Shown here in pieces: positions 46,808 to 58,441 of a stretch of DNA of 64,000 bases. Origin of the DNA: an uncultured Ignavibacteriales bacterium (GTDB lineage Bacteria > Zixibacteria > MSB-5A5 > GN15 > FEB-12); assembly GCA_964571235.1 (NCBI GenBank), contig CAZNAI010000003.1, positions 656,700-720,699 of the forward strand, given 5' to 3'. The notes under the pieces were generated by a model, which saw nothing but the letters and a program-made list of their open reading frames with translations, was not told the DNA's origin and did no database searches. Within the stretch, counting starts at the first letter, position 1, and each line of letters begins with the position of its first letter. The position numbers and the translations under genes are program-made.

Positions 46808-46822
46808 CAATCCCGATGGAGT

Positions 46823-46868
46823 GGCGTCAGGTCACGCCCGGCTGTCGCCGGGACTAAGACCTGACGCA
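46823..46868. repeat. family-A-like nested hairpin
   Basis: ggcgtcaggtc ... gacctgacgc enclosing cccggc-tgtc-gccggg. Confidence 0.65.
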
Positions 46869-46902
46869 ACGAAGAAGTGCTTCGATTCCACTCTGATACA
46901 GG

Positions 46903-47889
46903 ATGAGAGACCGATGGTTGTTTCAATACGGTGTGCCGATCGCGCTGGTGCTGTACGGCCTGTTTGCCTTCGGGTTCGGGCAACTTCGCGAAGTGCCGAT
47001 GATGGCGCTTGTGCTGTCGGCCGCGACCTATGTTACGATAGTCTTCCTGTTTGCAGGGATTCCGTCGCTGGTTTTTCACGGCCAGACGAAACTTCTGATC
47101 GCTGGAATGGTGCTTGGAGTCGGTGTATCAGCGATCTTACAGCAGGGATCAATGCCTGTAGTTATGTGGACGCTGACCTGGCTGATGTTGATCGGATCGA
47201 CAGTAACAACAGGGATGCTGGCTCGGAAAGGTCGGCCGTTTGCAGTGGTATATCCGGTCGGATTGGTGATTGTAATGGTGCTCAGCTTGGCGCAATATCT
47301 ACCGCTGTACGAGGTGACAACCGAGATCGCGCGAAACGGCATTGATGGAATTGTGGGAAACGCGAGAATGCAGATGACAGTGGCTGGATACACGCCTGAT
47401 CAAGTCGACGAAATCGCCGGTGCCTTTACCGCGGTGCTCAATGCGATGATTCGTTTGATGCCGGTTGGGTTTGTCCTCGGCGCCGGAGTGCAGTACTCGC
47501 TCGGGTATCTTTGGTTTAGTCACCGTGCGTTGGCGCCAAGCGGAAGTCCCTCGGTTGTACCACCGTTTGCGACCTGGAAAGCGCCGTTTGGATTGGCGAT
47601 TATCGTGCTGGTTGGATCAGCAATGCGATTGTTGGGCGGCGAGAGCATGAAGATTGTCGCGGACAATCTGCTCATTGGTGTCGGTGTGATCTATCTGATT
47701 ATGGGGATGGCGCTGATCGAGAGTTTCATGCGCCGTACACATTTTGGGTGGGTTGGGCGATTATTCGTCTATGTCGCGCTGTTTTTGGCGCAGATTATCG
47801 GCTTGTTAGTAGTGGCCCTGCTTGGGTTTATCGACAGCTATGTTGACTGGCGGGCTCGGCCGCAAAGATCGATTGATGAGACAGTATGA
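46903..47889 (+). CDS. DUF2232 (YybS-like) membrane protein
   Basis: 328 aa, polytopic. Its position between rpsR and rplI mirrors the yybS synteny known from Firmicutes. Confidence 0.55.
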   Translation: MRDRWLFQYGVPIALVLYGLFAFGFGQLREVPMMALVLSAATYVTIVFLFAGIPSLVFHGQTKLLIAGMVLGVGVSAILQQGSMPVVMWTLTWLMLIGSTVTTGMLARKGRPFAVVYPVGLVIVMVLSLAQYLPLYEVTTEIARNGIDGIVGNARMQMTVAGYTPDQVDEIAGAFTAVLNAMIRLMPVGFVLGAGVQYSLGYLWFSHRALAPSGSPSVVPPFATWKAPFGLAIIVLVGSAMRLLGGESMKIVADNLLIGVGVIYLIMGMALIESFMRRTHFGWVGRLFVYVALFLAQIIGLLVVALLGFIDSYVDWRARPQRSIDETV

Positions 47890-47920
47890 GTTGTTATATA
47901 TTTGAAAAAGAGGTGTTACG

Positions 47921-48367
47921 ATGAAAGTGATTCTTCGGGAAGATGTGGCCGATCTCGGTACTGCCGGGCAAACGGTCGAAGTAAAGTCCGGATACGGGCG
48001 GAATTTTCTTTTGCCGCGTAATCTGGCAATTGCGGCGACAAGCGCCAATCTGAAATCGATCGGCGAGATCGAGAAACAAAAACTGGTCCGCAACCGCAAA
48101 CGCCGCAAAGCGGCCGAGCTGGTGAAAGACCGGATCGAGAAGCTGTCGCTGTCTCGCGAAGTGCTGGTTGGTGAAGAAGACAAAATGTTCGGTTCGGTGA
48201 CCTCCGGTGACCTGAGCGAAATGCTCGAAAAAGAAGGGATCATCGTCGACAAGCGGGCAATCGAACTTGAAGAGCCGATCAAAGCGCTCGGAGTTTACAC
48301 CGTGCCGGTGAAGTGCGACCGCGAGGTAACAGCAAATCTTCGCTTGTGGGTGATCAAGAAAAGCTGA
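47921..48367 (+). CDS. rplI: 50S ribosomal protein L9
   Basis: MKVILREDVADLGTAGQTVEVKSGYGRNFLLPRNLA... Confidence 0.92.
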   Translation: MKVILREDVADLGTAGQTVEVKSGYGRNFLLPRNLAIAATSANLKSIGEIEKQKLVRNRKRRKAAELVKDRIEKLSLSREVLVGEEDKMFGSVTSGDLSEMLEKEGIIVDKRAIELEEPIKALGVYTVPVKCDREVTANLRLWVIKKS

Positions 48368-48368
48368 A

Positions 48369-48863
48369 ATGAATTTTCTTGAAGTAAAGCTCGAAGGGCT
48401 GGCGCTTGATATGACCACCAATACACCGGTGGTGATATTGACTCCCGACGGGCTGGACAAAGTGCTCCCGATCTGGATCGGTCACGCCGAGGCGTGGGCG
48501 ATTGCGATGGAGCTTTCGGGGGTGGGGGCCAAACGACCGCTGACCCACGACCTACTCAAGAATGTCATTGAAGGACTGCATACCCGGGTCGACCGGGTTG
48601 AAATCACCGAGATCAAAGAGCAGACGTTTTACGCGTTGATTTACCTGCGTACAAACGGGACTCTGACCAAGATCGACGCGCGGCCGTCCGATTCAATCGC
48701 GCTGGCTCTCAAAACGGGAGCGTCGATTTTTGTTAACGAAGATCTCTTCAACGCCCGAACCGACAGTTCGACCGACAAGCCGCCCATTCCGACCGACCGC
48801 GAATCATTGCGCGATCGGCTGAAGAATATCAACCCCGAGGATTTTGGCAAATACTCACTATAA
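48369..48863 (+). CDS. bifunctional nuclease (DUF151/BFN) domain protein
   Basis: ...PIWIGHAEAWAIAMELSGVGAKRPLTHDLL... matches the BFN pattern. Confidence 0.75.
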   Translation: MNFLEVKLEGLALDMTTNTPVVILTPDGLDKVLPIWIGHAEAWAIAMELSGVGAKRPLTHDLLKNVIEGLHTRVDRVEITEIKEQTFYALIYLRTNGTLTKIDARPSDSIALALKTGASIFVNEDLFNARTDSSTDKPPIPTDRESLRDRLKNINPEDFGKYSL

Positions 48864-50648
48864 ATGATCGCGCGTCTCTTCACCTTGGCGGCATTCCTCG
48901 GAATGCTCTTATTGCCAGCAGGGGTGGTGCGGGCGGTTGATAAGATCGATGATATCAAAGAAGCCGCCGACGCCTTCGACGCCGGCATGGCGCTCCTTCG
49001 AAAGTCGGACTTCGCGGGGGCATCGGGCGCATTTCGCGACCTGATCGCACGCTATCCCCAGTCCAAGAATCTCGACATTTTTCTGTATAACGCCGGCAAG
49101 GCGGATTACCAGCGCCGTGAATATGCCGACGCCGCCGCGGCATTCGGCAAGCTGATCGATCAGTTCCCGGAGAGCGACCTCAAGCCGTTCGCGGAATATT
49201 TTCTCGGGGGGGCTCGATACGGACTGGGGGATGTTAACGGCGCTCTATTGGATTGGATTGCGGCTTGGCGCGACGCGAGAGACGAGCGACTACAGAAACT
49301 GATTGTCGGGTCGCTGTCAGGCTCGGTTAACGCGGCCTCGGACGTGACGCTCAACCGCACAATATTCGACGCCCTGACCGCCGATCAGCGATGTGAGTTG
49401 TCGCGACGGATACTAGCGGGAGTTCCGGGTGAAAAGAGCAGTCTGCGCACGCAACTCGAAGGATTGTGCGGCGAGCCGTCGCCGCCGACTACATCGGTGA
49501 CAAAGCCGGCACCCAGTGTTAAAACGAGTTATCAAGTGGCGGTACTGTTGCCATTCAGCGGAGAGTTTCAGTCGTTTGGCCAGCAAATTATGCAAGGGGC
49601 TACGCTGGCCGGCGAAGAGTCGGCGACCAAAAATGGAATCGGGATTACGTTGACGCCGTATGATACCAAAGGCGATCCAATCACCGCGGCGCGACTGCTC
49701 CGGCCGATTGATTCATCCGGCGCAGTTGCAGTGGTCGGACCGCTGACATCTGACGAAGCGGCGGTGGTATCGGCATCACTTGCCAGTTTGCCTTTACCAA
49801 CGATGATCCCGGCGGCTACTGACGCCGGCCTGACCACACTCAGCGGAAGCTCATTTCAGCTATCGGCGAATGTCGAACTGCAGGGGACAGCGATGGCCGA
49901 CTATGCGAAATTGATTTTGAAAGCTGACTCTGCGGCAATATTTACAACTGGTGAATCGGCGGCCAATGCGATGATCGAGGCGTTTGGGCGCCGCTTTGAA
50001 AATTTGGGCGGCAAAATGGTAGCGACCGAGGTGTATCGCACCCGCGATCGCGATTTTGGGCCGTACTTTGCAGACCTGAAAGCGCAGATACTTGGGTATC
50101 AAGCCGACTCGATCTGGTATATCAACGCCAAAGGAGACACGCTCGATCCGGAAGGGGTGCCGGTGCATGTCGACTGTCTGTTCATGCCGGGGGGAGCGAC
50201 TCAATTGCGGCAGATACTCCCACAACTGCGGTTTTTCGGAGTCGACGCCGAACTGCTCGGATCTGACGGCTGGGGGGATTCACTCGTTCTGGCCTTGGGC
50301 GACGACGTAACCCGGAAAGCGGTGTTCCCGTCTCCGTTTATTATTCATGAAAATACTGAACAGTACGCGACATTTGGGGCCGCGTATCTCAAACGGTACG
50401 GCGCCAAGCCGACGCGACTGGCCTGCCTGGGGTATGACGCGGTGTCGCTGGTTGCCGAGGCGCTTGCAAAAGGCGCTGTCACACGAGAAGGATTGGTCAA
50501 ACACCTGGCGCTCCGCGGCGACTATGACGGTACGGCGGGGACAGTCAGTTTTGGCAATAACCGCGAGAATGTCGCCATGCCGCTCTACCGGATTTCCGGG
50601 GGCAAGGCGGTGCCTTTGCAGACTTCAGTTTCTCCCTCGACCCGCTAA
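48864..50648 (+). CDS. TPR plus type-1 periplasmic-binding-fold protein (LpoA/LppC-like architecture)
   Basis: Signal peptide and an N-terminal TPR-like region. The C-terminal ~370 aa is LivK-like (YQVAVLLPFSGEFQSFG...). Confidence 0.65.
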   Translation: MIARLFTLAAFLGMLLLPAGVVRAVDKIDDIKEAADAFDAGMALLRKSDFAGASGAFRDLIARYPQSKNLDIFLYNAGKADYQRREYADAAAAFGKLIDQFPESDLKPFAEYFLGGARYGLGDVNGALLDWIAAWRDARDERLQKLIVGSLSGSVNAASDVTLNRTIFDALTADQRCELSRRILAGVPGEKSSLRTQLEGLCGEPSPPTTSVTKPAPSVKTSYQVAVLLPFSGEFQSFGQQIMQGATLAGEESATKNGIGITLTPYDTKGDPITAARLLRPIDSSGAVAVVGPLTSDEAAVVSASLASLPLPTMIPAATDAGLTTLSGSSFQLSANVELQGTAMADYAKLILKADSAAIFTTGESAANAMIEAFGRRFENLGGKMVATEVYRTRDRDFGPYFADLKAQILGYQADSIWYINAKGDTLDPEGVPVHVDCLFMPGGATQLRQILPQLRFFGVDAELLGSDGWGDSLVLALGDDVTRKAVFPSPFIIHENTEQYATFGAAYLKRYGAKPTRLACLGYDAVSLVAEALAKGAVTREGLVKHLALRGDYDGTAGTVSFGNNRENVAMPLYRISGGKAVPLQTSVSPSTR

Positions 50649-50720
50649 CTCGCCCCTGTCGAGCGGGGCAATTCTGCCGTATATTACCTGCCGACCTGTG
50701 GCACCGAAAGGACCGGCCGA

Positions 50721-50930
50721 GTGGCTGAAAACAAAGTTGCATTGAAAATGGTTGTCGACGGCAAAGAGCGGGACGTCACCTTTGAGGAACTCGCGTTGTC
50801 GAACAATCTTGCCCAAGAGGCGCTGGTGCGTCTCTTGATCGAAAAGAAGTTGATAAGCGCAAAAGAACTGCTTGAGTGGATTGAAAAGGTCAAGCAGGAG
50901 CGCTATCGCGAACTTCCCGGAAAGGGATGA
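50721..50930 (+). CDS. small hypothetical protein
   Basis: 69 aa, GTG start, helical and charged. Tightly packed with the next two ORFs. Confidence 0.45.
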   Translation: MAENKVALKMVVDGKERDVTFEELALSNNLAQEALVRLLIEKKLISAKELLEWIEKVKQERYRELPGKG

Positions 50931-50933
50931 GCA

Positions 50934-51419
50934 GTGACCGCCGCACCGGAGCACACCCGTAGAGATTCAGCAGAGGTTGCGCCGCACGATTACGACGGAC
51001 CCTCGCTTGAGTGGACGGTGCATCCGGTCAAACGCAGGCCGTGGGTGTCGGTGGCAGTCAGTATGTTTATCGTCGTTGTGGTTGTATTGGTTCGGATCAC
51101 CACCGAGTCGCAGGCGTTTGCGGTGCTGGCTATGATTGTCATGGCCGCTTCACTGGCGAAATTCTATTTTCCGACGAAGTATCGCCTGGACTGCAAGGGG
51201 GTGACGGTGAAAACAACAACCCAGACACTTGTCAAAGAATGGAAATTGTACCGGAGTTGTTATCCCGACAAGAACGGCATATTGCTCTCGCCGTTTGCGG
51301 GCACATCGCGGCTTGAGAATTTTCGCGGGATCTACCTGATGTTTCAGGATAATAGTGAGGCGGTCACGGCGTACTGCAAAGAGCGTATTGCGGCCAATCC
51401 GCAAGGCGGGGCGGCATGA
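50934..51419 (+). CDS. hypothetical two-TM protein (possible bacterial PH-like domain)
   Basis: 161 aa. A TM hairpin, then a beta-rich soluble domain. Confidence 0.5.
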   Translation: MTAAPEHTRRDSAEVAPHDYDGPSLEWTVHPVKRRPWVSVAVSMFIVVVVVLVRITTESQAFAVLAMIVMAASLAKFYFPTKYRLDCKGVTVKTTTQTLVKEWKLYRSCYPDKNGILLSPFAGTSRLENFRGIYLMFQDNSEAVTAYCKERIAANPQGGAA

Positions 51420-51874
51420 GCATTTTTCGCGACGCCATGAAGCTCCCCGAACAAGGGCCGCTTCCCGAAGAAGAACAGGTGGTGCTTGAGAAAGTGGCGA
51501 AGAAAGTGGTCGAGAAATCGATGACGGTGCCGGCGATCGTCTTTTTGGAGTCGGTCAAGCCGCTGAACTTTGTCGGGTCACAGGCGATGGTCTTTTTCGA
51601 GCCGATTGTTCAGTCGCTCTTCAATTTGAAAGACTACGACACGTTTCGCTCAGCTTTGGAAAAGCGTCAGACACTTGAGATTTTGATTCAAAAGATCGAA
51701 GCGATGGACGCCGTGTCGCAGGAGCGAGAAAAGCGGGTGAAGGCGTTTATGAAGGAAGAAAAGAAGAAGTGGAAATGGTACCAGCGGTATCTGGGCGTTT
51801 TCTTGCCGAAGGTGACTATTCCTGATGATGTGCTGAATGGTCCCAAGCCAGCCGAGCCGAAGGGCGACATGTAA
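51416..51874 (+). CDS. hypothetical protein
   Basis: 152 aa. The start overlaps the upstream stop. Lys/Glu-rich C-terminus. Confidence 0.5.
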   Translation: MSIFRDAMKLPEQGPLPEEEQVVLEKVAKKVVEKSMTVPAIVFLESVKPLNFVGSQAMVFFEPIVQSLFNLKDYDTFRSALEKRQTLEILIQKIEAMDAVSQEREKRVKAFMKEEKKKWKWYQRYLGVFLPKVTIPDDVLNGPKPAEPKGDM

Positions 51875-51903
51875 ACGATTCGGATTATCGAGAGGGTGTA
51901 GCG

Positions 51904-52884
51904 ATGCGCGCGCATTACGAAATCAAAGACGGAGCGGTGGTAGAGTGCAGTCCCGAACGCGGCAATATTGATGTCTTTTCGGCGCCCGATGAAATCGAAA
52001 AGTCGTATCTGGTAGAGACGCTCGGATTGGATCGCCACGATCTTGAGTCGGCTCTCGACCCCGACGAAATCTCCCGCGTCGAGTTTATCCCCGAACATAC
52101 ATATATCGTCTGGAAGCGGCCGGACAATGTCACCACCGACCAGCAGGTCAGGTTCGGCGTTTCAACCGTCGGATTTGTTCTGCGCGAGAATAAGCTGACG
52201 ATCATTCTTGGCTCGGGTGGGATTCCATTCAGTGACCGTGAGTTTCAGAAGGTATCGACTCTCAACGGCGTCATCCTGCGCTTCTTTTTGAATATTGTCC
52301 GGCATTACTTCGGCCACCTGAAGGCGATCAAGATGATCAACGTCGATCTTCAGGCCAAGCTGAGCACGTCGATGGAGAACAAGTACTTTCTCCAGATGTT
52401 CGCCCTTTCCGAGAGCCTGATCTATTATCTCAACGCGGTTGAAGAAAATGCCTCGGTGCTCAGCAAGATACGTTCCAACTCAGCCAAACTTGGGTTGACT
52501 GAAGAGCAGATCGAAATGCTCGATGATATCATCATCGAACACACGCAGTGCCTGCGTCAGACACAGATTTTCAGCTCGGTGCTTTCAGGACTCATGGATG
52601 CGCGCGGCAATTTGATCAATAATAACATGAACGTCCTTTTGAAGAATTTGACGCTGATCAACGTTGTATTCCTGCCCCTGAATCTCCTGGCCAGTATCGG
52701 GGGAATGTCCGAGTATAGCGCCCTCACCCAGGCGTTTGATTGGCGAATTTCCTATTCACTATTTGTGCTGGCGATGATTGTCATCGGTTGGATGACCTGG
52801 TATGGGTTGACACGCCGAATTGACCGGACGCAGGTTCCGCGGCGCCGTCGACCGCGCTGGGCGCCTAAACTGCGAAAAGGGTAA
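51904..52884 (+). CDS. CorA-family divalent cation channel with a variant GMS signature
   Basis: 326 aa. CorA-like topology with two C-terminal TM segments. The loop reads IGGMSEY (52702-52716) where the canonical motif is YGMNF. Confidence 0.7.
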   Translation: MRAHYEIKDGAVVECSPERGNIDVFSAPDEIEKSYLVETLGLDRHDLESALDPDEISRVEFIPEHTYIVWKRPDNVTTDQQVRFGVSTVGFVLRENKLTIILGSGGIPFSDREFQKVSTLNGVILRFFLNIVRHYFGHLKAIKMINVDLQAKLSTSMENKYFLQMFALSESLIYYLNAVEENASVLSKIRSNSAKLGLTEEQIEMLDDIIIEHTQCLRQTQIFSSVLSGLMDARGNLINNNMNVLLKNLTLINVVFLPLNLLASIGGMSEYSALTQAFDWRISYSLFVLAMIVIGWMTWYGLTRRIDRTQVPRRRRPRWAPKLRKG

Positions 52885-52888
52885 CCGG

Positions 52889-53473
52889 CTATTTATCGCC
52901 GGACTTAGCGGCTTTGTCTATTTCGGCGAGTTTGAATAACTCGATTGAGAGAGCGAGTTGTTCAGCGAACGGCGATTTCATCCCCTTCAAATACACCAGT
53001 TCACCCTCGGCCTTGGCAAGTTCGCCTAAGGCCAAATATGTTTCCGCGCGATACTCCCGGGCCTGCGCGAAGTTAGAATCCAGTGTTAGTGCGCGGCTGT
53101 ACGCGGCCAGTGATTCGTCGAGTTTGCCCAATTTGCGATAGCAGTACCCGAGGTTGTTGTGAGCTTCCTTCATCTCGGGATTGAGCTCAATCGCCTTCAG
53201 AAGATCTTTGACCGCCTTTTCGTATTCTTTGCGGACTTTCGCATCCGATGTCGCGCGATAGTTGTACGCAAAGGCCGAGTCACCCTTTAGCGCTATATCT
53301 TTGGAGTGTTGGATACGTTTGACGGCGCTGTTGTAATGGTCGGTGGCTTTTGCTGAATTTTCGGTCGCTTGTTCTTCGGGCGTTTTTTCATTTGAGCCGA
53401 TGGCAAAAATGGATGATGGTAAGAAGAGACCAAGGGCTATCAATAATCCGGTCATATTCAGAAGCCGTTTCAT
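52889..53473 (-). CDS. TPR repeat secreted protein
   Basis: 194 aa with a signal peptide and about 3 TPR motifs (...AHNNLGYCYRKLGKLDESLAAYSRAL...). Confidence 0.75.
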   Translation of the reverse strand: MKRLLNMTGLLIALGLFLPSSIFAIGSNEKTPEEQATENSAKATDHYNSAVKRIQHSKDIALKGDSAFAYNYRATSDAKVRKEYEKAVKDLLKAIELNPEMKEAHNNLGYCYRKLGKLDESLAAYSRALTLDSNFAQAREYRAETYLALGELAKAEGELVYLKGMKSPFAEQLALSIELFKLAEIDKAAKSGDK

Positions 53474-53563
53474 AGGGACTCCGCTCTAAAGTGTTGATAT
53501 CATCTTAACACCAGCAAGTAGCAATTGTTTCGAAGGTGGTAAGGTCGATAGTCTAACTAAGAA

Positions 53564-53767
53564 ACGCCCTTCGACTCCGCTCAGGGCGACGTTCCGATCA
53601 GCGCAACATCAGGTTGGTATGCGAGTACGCTTTGGCAACCATGTTTTTCTCGTGTGCTGGGAAACTGAATAGTGTCAAACAGCACATTCGATGGGCGCGT
53701 TAGCGTCGGGCTGAGCGGAGTCGAAGCCCGTTCTCATTGGCGTCAGGCCAGGAGGCCTGACGCCACG
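53564..53767. repeat. MITE-like element (family E) plus family A hairpin
   Basis: Left arm 53564-53602 and right arm 53687-53735 contain a 16-bp perfect inverted repeat, cttcgactccgctcag/ctgagcggagtcgaag. Hairpin ggcgtcaggccaggaggcctgacgcc lies at 53738-53767. Confidence 0.8.
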
Positions 53768-53772
53768 TGATT

Positions 53773-56065
<2,293 letters not shown>

Positions 56066-56290
56066 TACATATGTAAGGTACCAACGGGGGGTGGTATTTG
56101 CAAGCAAAAAACTCGATCTATGCCGTTGGGGGACAGCCATTTGCGGCGATGTGATCGGGGTGTTTTTGGGGTATTTTGCGATAGGCGAAATCGCTACGCG
56201 AGAAAGTCATTCCGGTTTGAAAAAGAGAGGGAATAGTGGATATTGGGGGAGAGGATGTGGAATGAAAACGAAAGCTGGAAAAATGCTCTT

Positions 56291-57049
56291 ATGAAATATT
56301 CAGCGGCAATAGCTCTCTGCCTTTGTGGCGCTTTGATTGCGATTTCGCCGGGGTCAATTCGAGCTGCGGATCGCTCTAGGTTAGAGTTCATTAAACCAAA
56401 CGTTGTCGATTCAGCGTGGCTCTGGAGCCATGTGTACTACACACAGAGTCCACTCCAAAAGGGAAAATATCAGATACTAGTGCGGAACTACGAAGAATCG
56501 AAAAGGTTTCTTCCGATTTGGGAGGAGTCCTTTATGCGTCTGAATCTATGGTCTCAATCTTATTTCGATAAACACATTCGCATCCTAACCGCCGGGATTG
56601 ACACCGCTAAGTGGGAAGGTCGAAACGAGCTACGATTCACTATAAGCTACGATTATGTCTTTGATTGGGTAAGACTTCGTTGTGTGGATCGGTTTGTTGT
56701 AGGCGTTGACTCTGCACTAACTACCTTGAAGGTTGAGGACATTGTTAATTCGTCAGGGCCAGGCATGCTAGTTGATGCCAACTTCAGTCGGCCCGTACTT
56801 ATCACTCGCGTACGACCATCAACAACGATTGCGTCTCGCAAGGCAATAGAAGGTGCACTCAAGCGAAATTGCTCGAATGAGAAAACAACTTTCAAAGCTA
56901 CGCTGTCGATTCTTCAAGATGGGTCGGACATAGTTGCGAGCATGAGGTCGGACGATTCCATTAAACCACTATGTGCTGAGTACCTGCTTTTCGACAAAAA
57001 ATATTCAGGTTTGAGCGAATGCCCTGAGGAAACAGTCATCTTTGAATAA
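56291..57049 (+). CDS. hypothetical secreted protein
   Basis: ORF 56243..57049. The ATG at 56291 gives signal peptide MKYSAAIALCLCGALIAISPGSIRA. No family recognised. Confidence 0.5.
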   Translation: MKYSAAIALCLCGALIAISPGSIRAADRSRLEFIKPNVVDSAWLWSHVYYTQSPLQKGKYQILVRNYEESKRFLPIWEESFMRLNLWSQSYFDKHIRILTAGIDTAKWEGRNELRFTISYDYVFDWVRLRCVDRFVVGVDSALTTLKVEDIVNSSGPGMLVDANFSRPVLITRVRPSTTIASRKAIEGALKRNCSNEKTTFKATLSILQDGSDIVASMRSDDSIKPLCAEYLLFDKKYSGLSECPEETVIFE

Positions 57050-57056
57050 GAATACT

Positions 57057-57164
57057 TGGGACGGGCGCGATGATCAGGGGCGCGAGGTGGCCAGCGGGGT
57101 GTATCTGTATCGCCTGACCGCAGGCGGCGTGACGCAAGAGAAGAAGATGGTGTTGGTGCGGTAG
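57057..57164 (+). pseudogene. orphan C-terminal FlgD-Ig/T9SS-type sorting-domain fragment
   Basis: Translates to WDGRDDQGREVASGVYLYRLTAGGVTQEKKMVLVR then a stop. An in-frame stop lies immediately upstream and there is no start codon. Confidence 0.6.
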
Positions 57165-57201
57165 CCAGCCATATGGCTGGACCTTGGGGCTTCGCCGCTT
57201 T
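57161..57201 (+). repeat. GTAG plus 16-nt perfect palindrome (family H)
   Basis: GTAGCCAGCCATATGGCTGGaccttggggcttcgccgct. A near-identical module sits inside pth at 45278-45312. Confidence 0.75.
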
Positions 57202-57408
57202 GTATTCAGAGTAAGTGCGTCATTGGATACGGGTTGATGATCCAAGGCGTCGTGTCTCGTCTCCGCTCGACACGACGGTGGAGGGGGAGACGATTGGTAG
57301 ACGGTTGCCATACGCTGTATTCGCTCGGATACTGAAAGATGATTTTCCTCTTAACAATGTCAAACCCATGTTGAGATTGATCGCTTGGTCACTAATCGAA
57401 ACGGCCTT

Positions 57409-57491
57409 CTTCGTCGCCTCGAGCGGAGTCGAGAGGAGACGCGGTGGATATCAGTCAGACACGCCGTGTCTCGTCTCCGCTCGACACGACG
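57409..57491 (+). repeat. family F repeat, left copy flanking the GIY-YIG gene
   Basis: ttcgtcgcctcgagcggagtcgagagg...cgtgtctcgtctccgctcgacacgacg. A partial third copy lies at 57246-57280. Confidence 0.85.
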
Positions 57492-57546
57492 AATAAACGG
57501 AATGTGATTTAATCAACAGCGCCCTAGACACTATGTTTATGACCTC

Positions 57547-57849
57547 GTGAACCCATGCGTTTACACACTCCGTTGTGCTGATAACAGTCTGTACACAGGC
57601 GCAACGAGCAAATTGGATCGCCGACTTGTGCAACATGCGTCAGGCGAGGTAAAGGGATTTACTTCTTCTCGACTCCCCATCGTTCTTGTGTTCATGGCGC
57701 ACTTCCCGACCATGTATGAGGCTGGTGTCGCGGAAAAAAAAGTGAAACGCTGGTCACGAGCGAAGAAGGAAGCACTGATTCGCGGCGACGAGAAGGCATT
57801 ACACGAACTTGCTTCGTGCAAAAACTCATCGCATTTCTCGAAAAAGTAG
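57547..57849 (+). CDS. GIY-YIG nuclease family protein (UPF0213-like)
   Basis: 100 aa: VYTLRCADNSLYTGATSKLDRRLVQHASG ... EKKVKRWSRAKKEALI. Confidence 0.85.
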   Translation: MNPCVYTLRCADNSLYTGATSKLDRRLVQHASGEVKGFTSSRLPIVLVFMAHFPTMYEAGVAEKKVKRWSRAKKEALIRGDEKALHELASCKNSSHFSKK

Positions 57850-57866
57850 AATCTCATGGCCCGCTT

Positions 57867-57948
57867 TTCGTCGCCTCGAGCGGAGTCGAGAGGTGACGCG
57901 CCGGATATCAGTCAAACACGCTGTGTCTCGTCTCCGCTCGACACGACG
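57867..57948 (+). repeat. family F repeat, right copy flanking the GIY-YIG gene
   Basis: Same orientation as 57409-57491, with about five mismatches by eye over ~82 nt. Confidence 0.85.
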
Positions 57949-57965
57949 GTGAACGAGCAACAGAG

Positions 57966-57999
57966 CATGTCGAACCCGCAGGGGTTTCGATTTACAAAG
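57966..57999 (-). repeat. family D REP (short form)
   Basis: catgtcgaacccgcaggggtttcgatttacaaag. Confidence 0.7.
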
Positions 58000-58441
58000 A
58001 CTGGTCTCTGAACCGGGACAATGGAAGTGGTCGAATTGTGGATGGTACGAGGGAAGAAGAGATGGACCACGGGAAATTGACGCGATTGAGATTTGAGGGT
58101 AGCGGTCGGATTAAGGGATCCCACAGCAAGCTGTGGGGCACCGAAGAGAACCAATGCGCGAATGCCTATCAATTTTCATACAAATCTCATGTAGTCAACG
58201 AATCGGCAAGTTCTGGTATGAAGACCTCGATACACAACTCGCCTATGTTACGAAATCCTGCCGTGCAATTTTACTACAAGATCTATGCGACGACGTCACA
58301 ATCCCGAAAATACCCGAATCATCACAACCGCCACTGCAATAACCAATTGCGATCAAAGAAAACAATTCGTGAAATGCAAAAGTGTACAAACGAAGCCAAA
58401 AAGAAACCCACCATAATTGGTGATCCACATAGAAAAAGAAA

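Noticed and set aside
46870-46900. tRNA-like T-arm (gcttcgattccac).
   Set aside because: No 5-bp T stem can be formed, and there are no acceptor, D or anticodon arms in the flanks.
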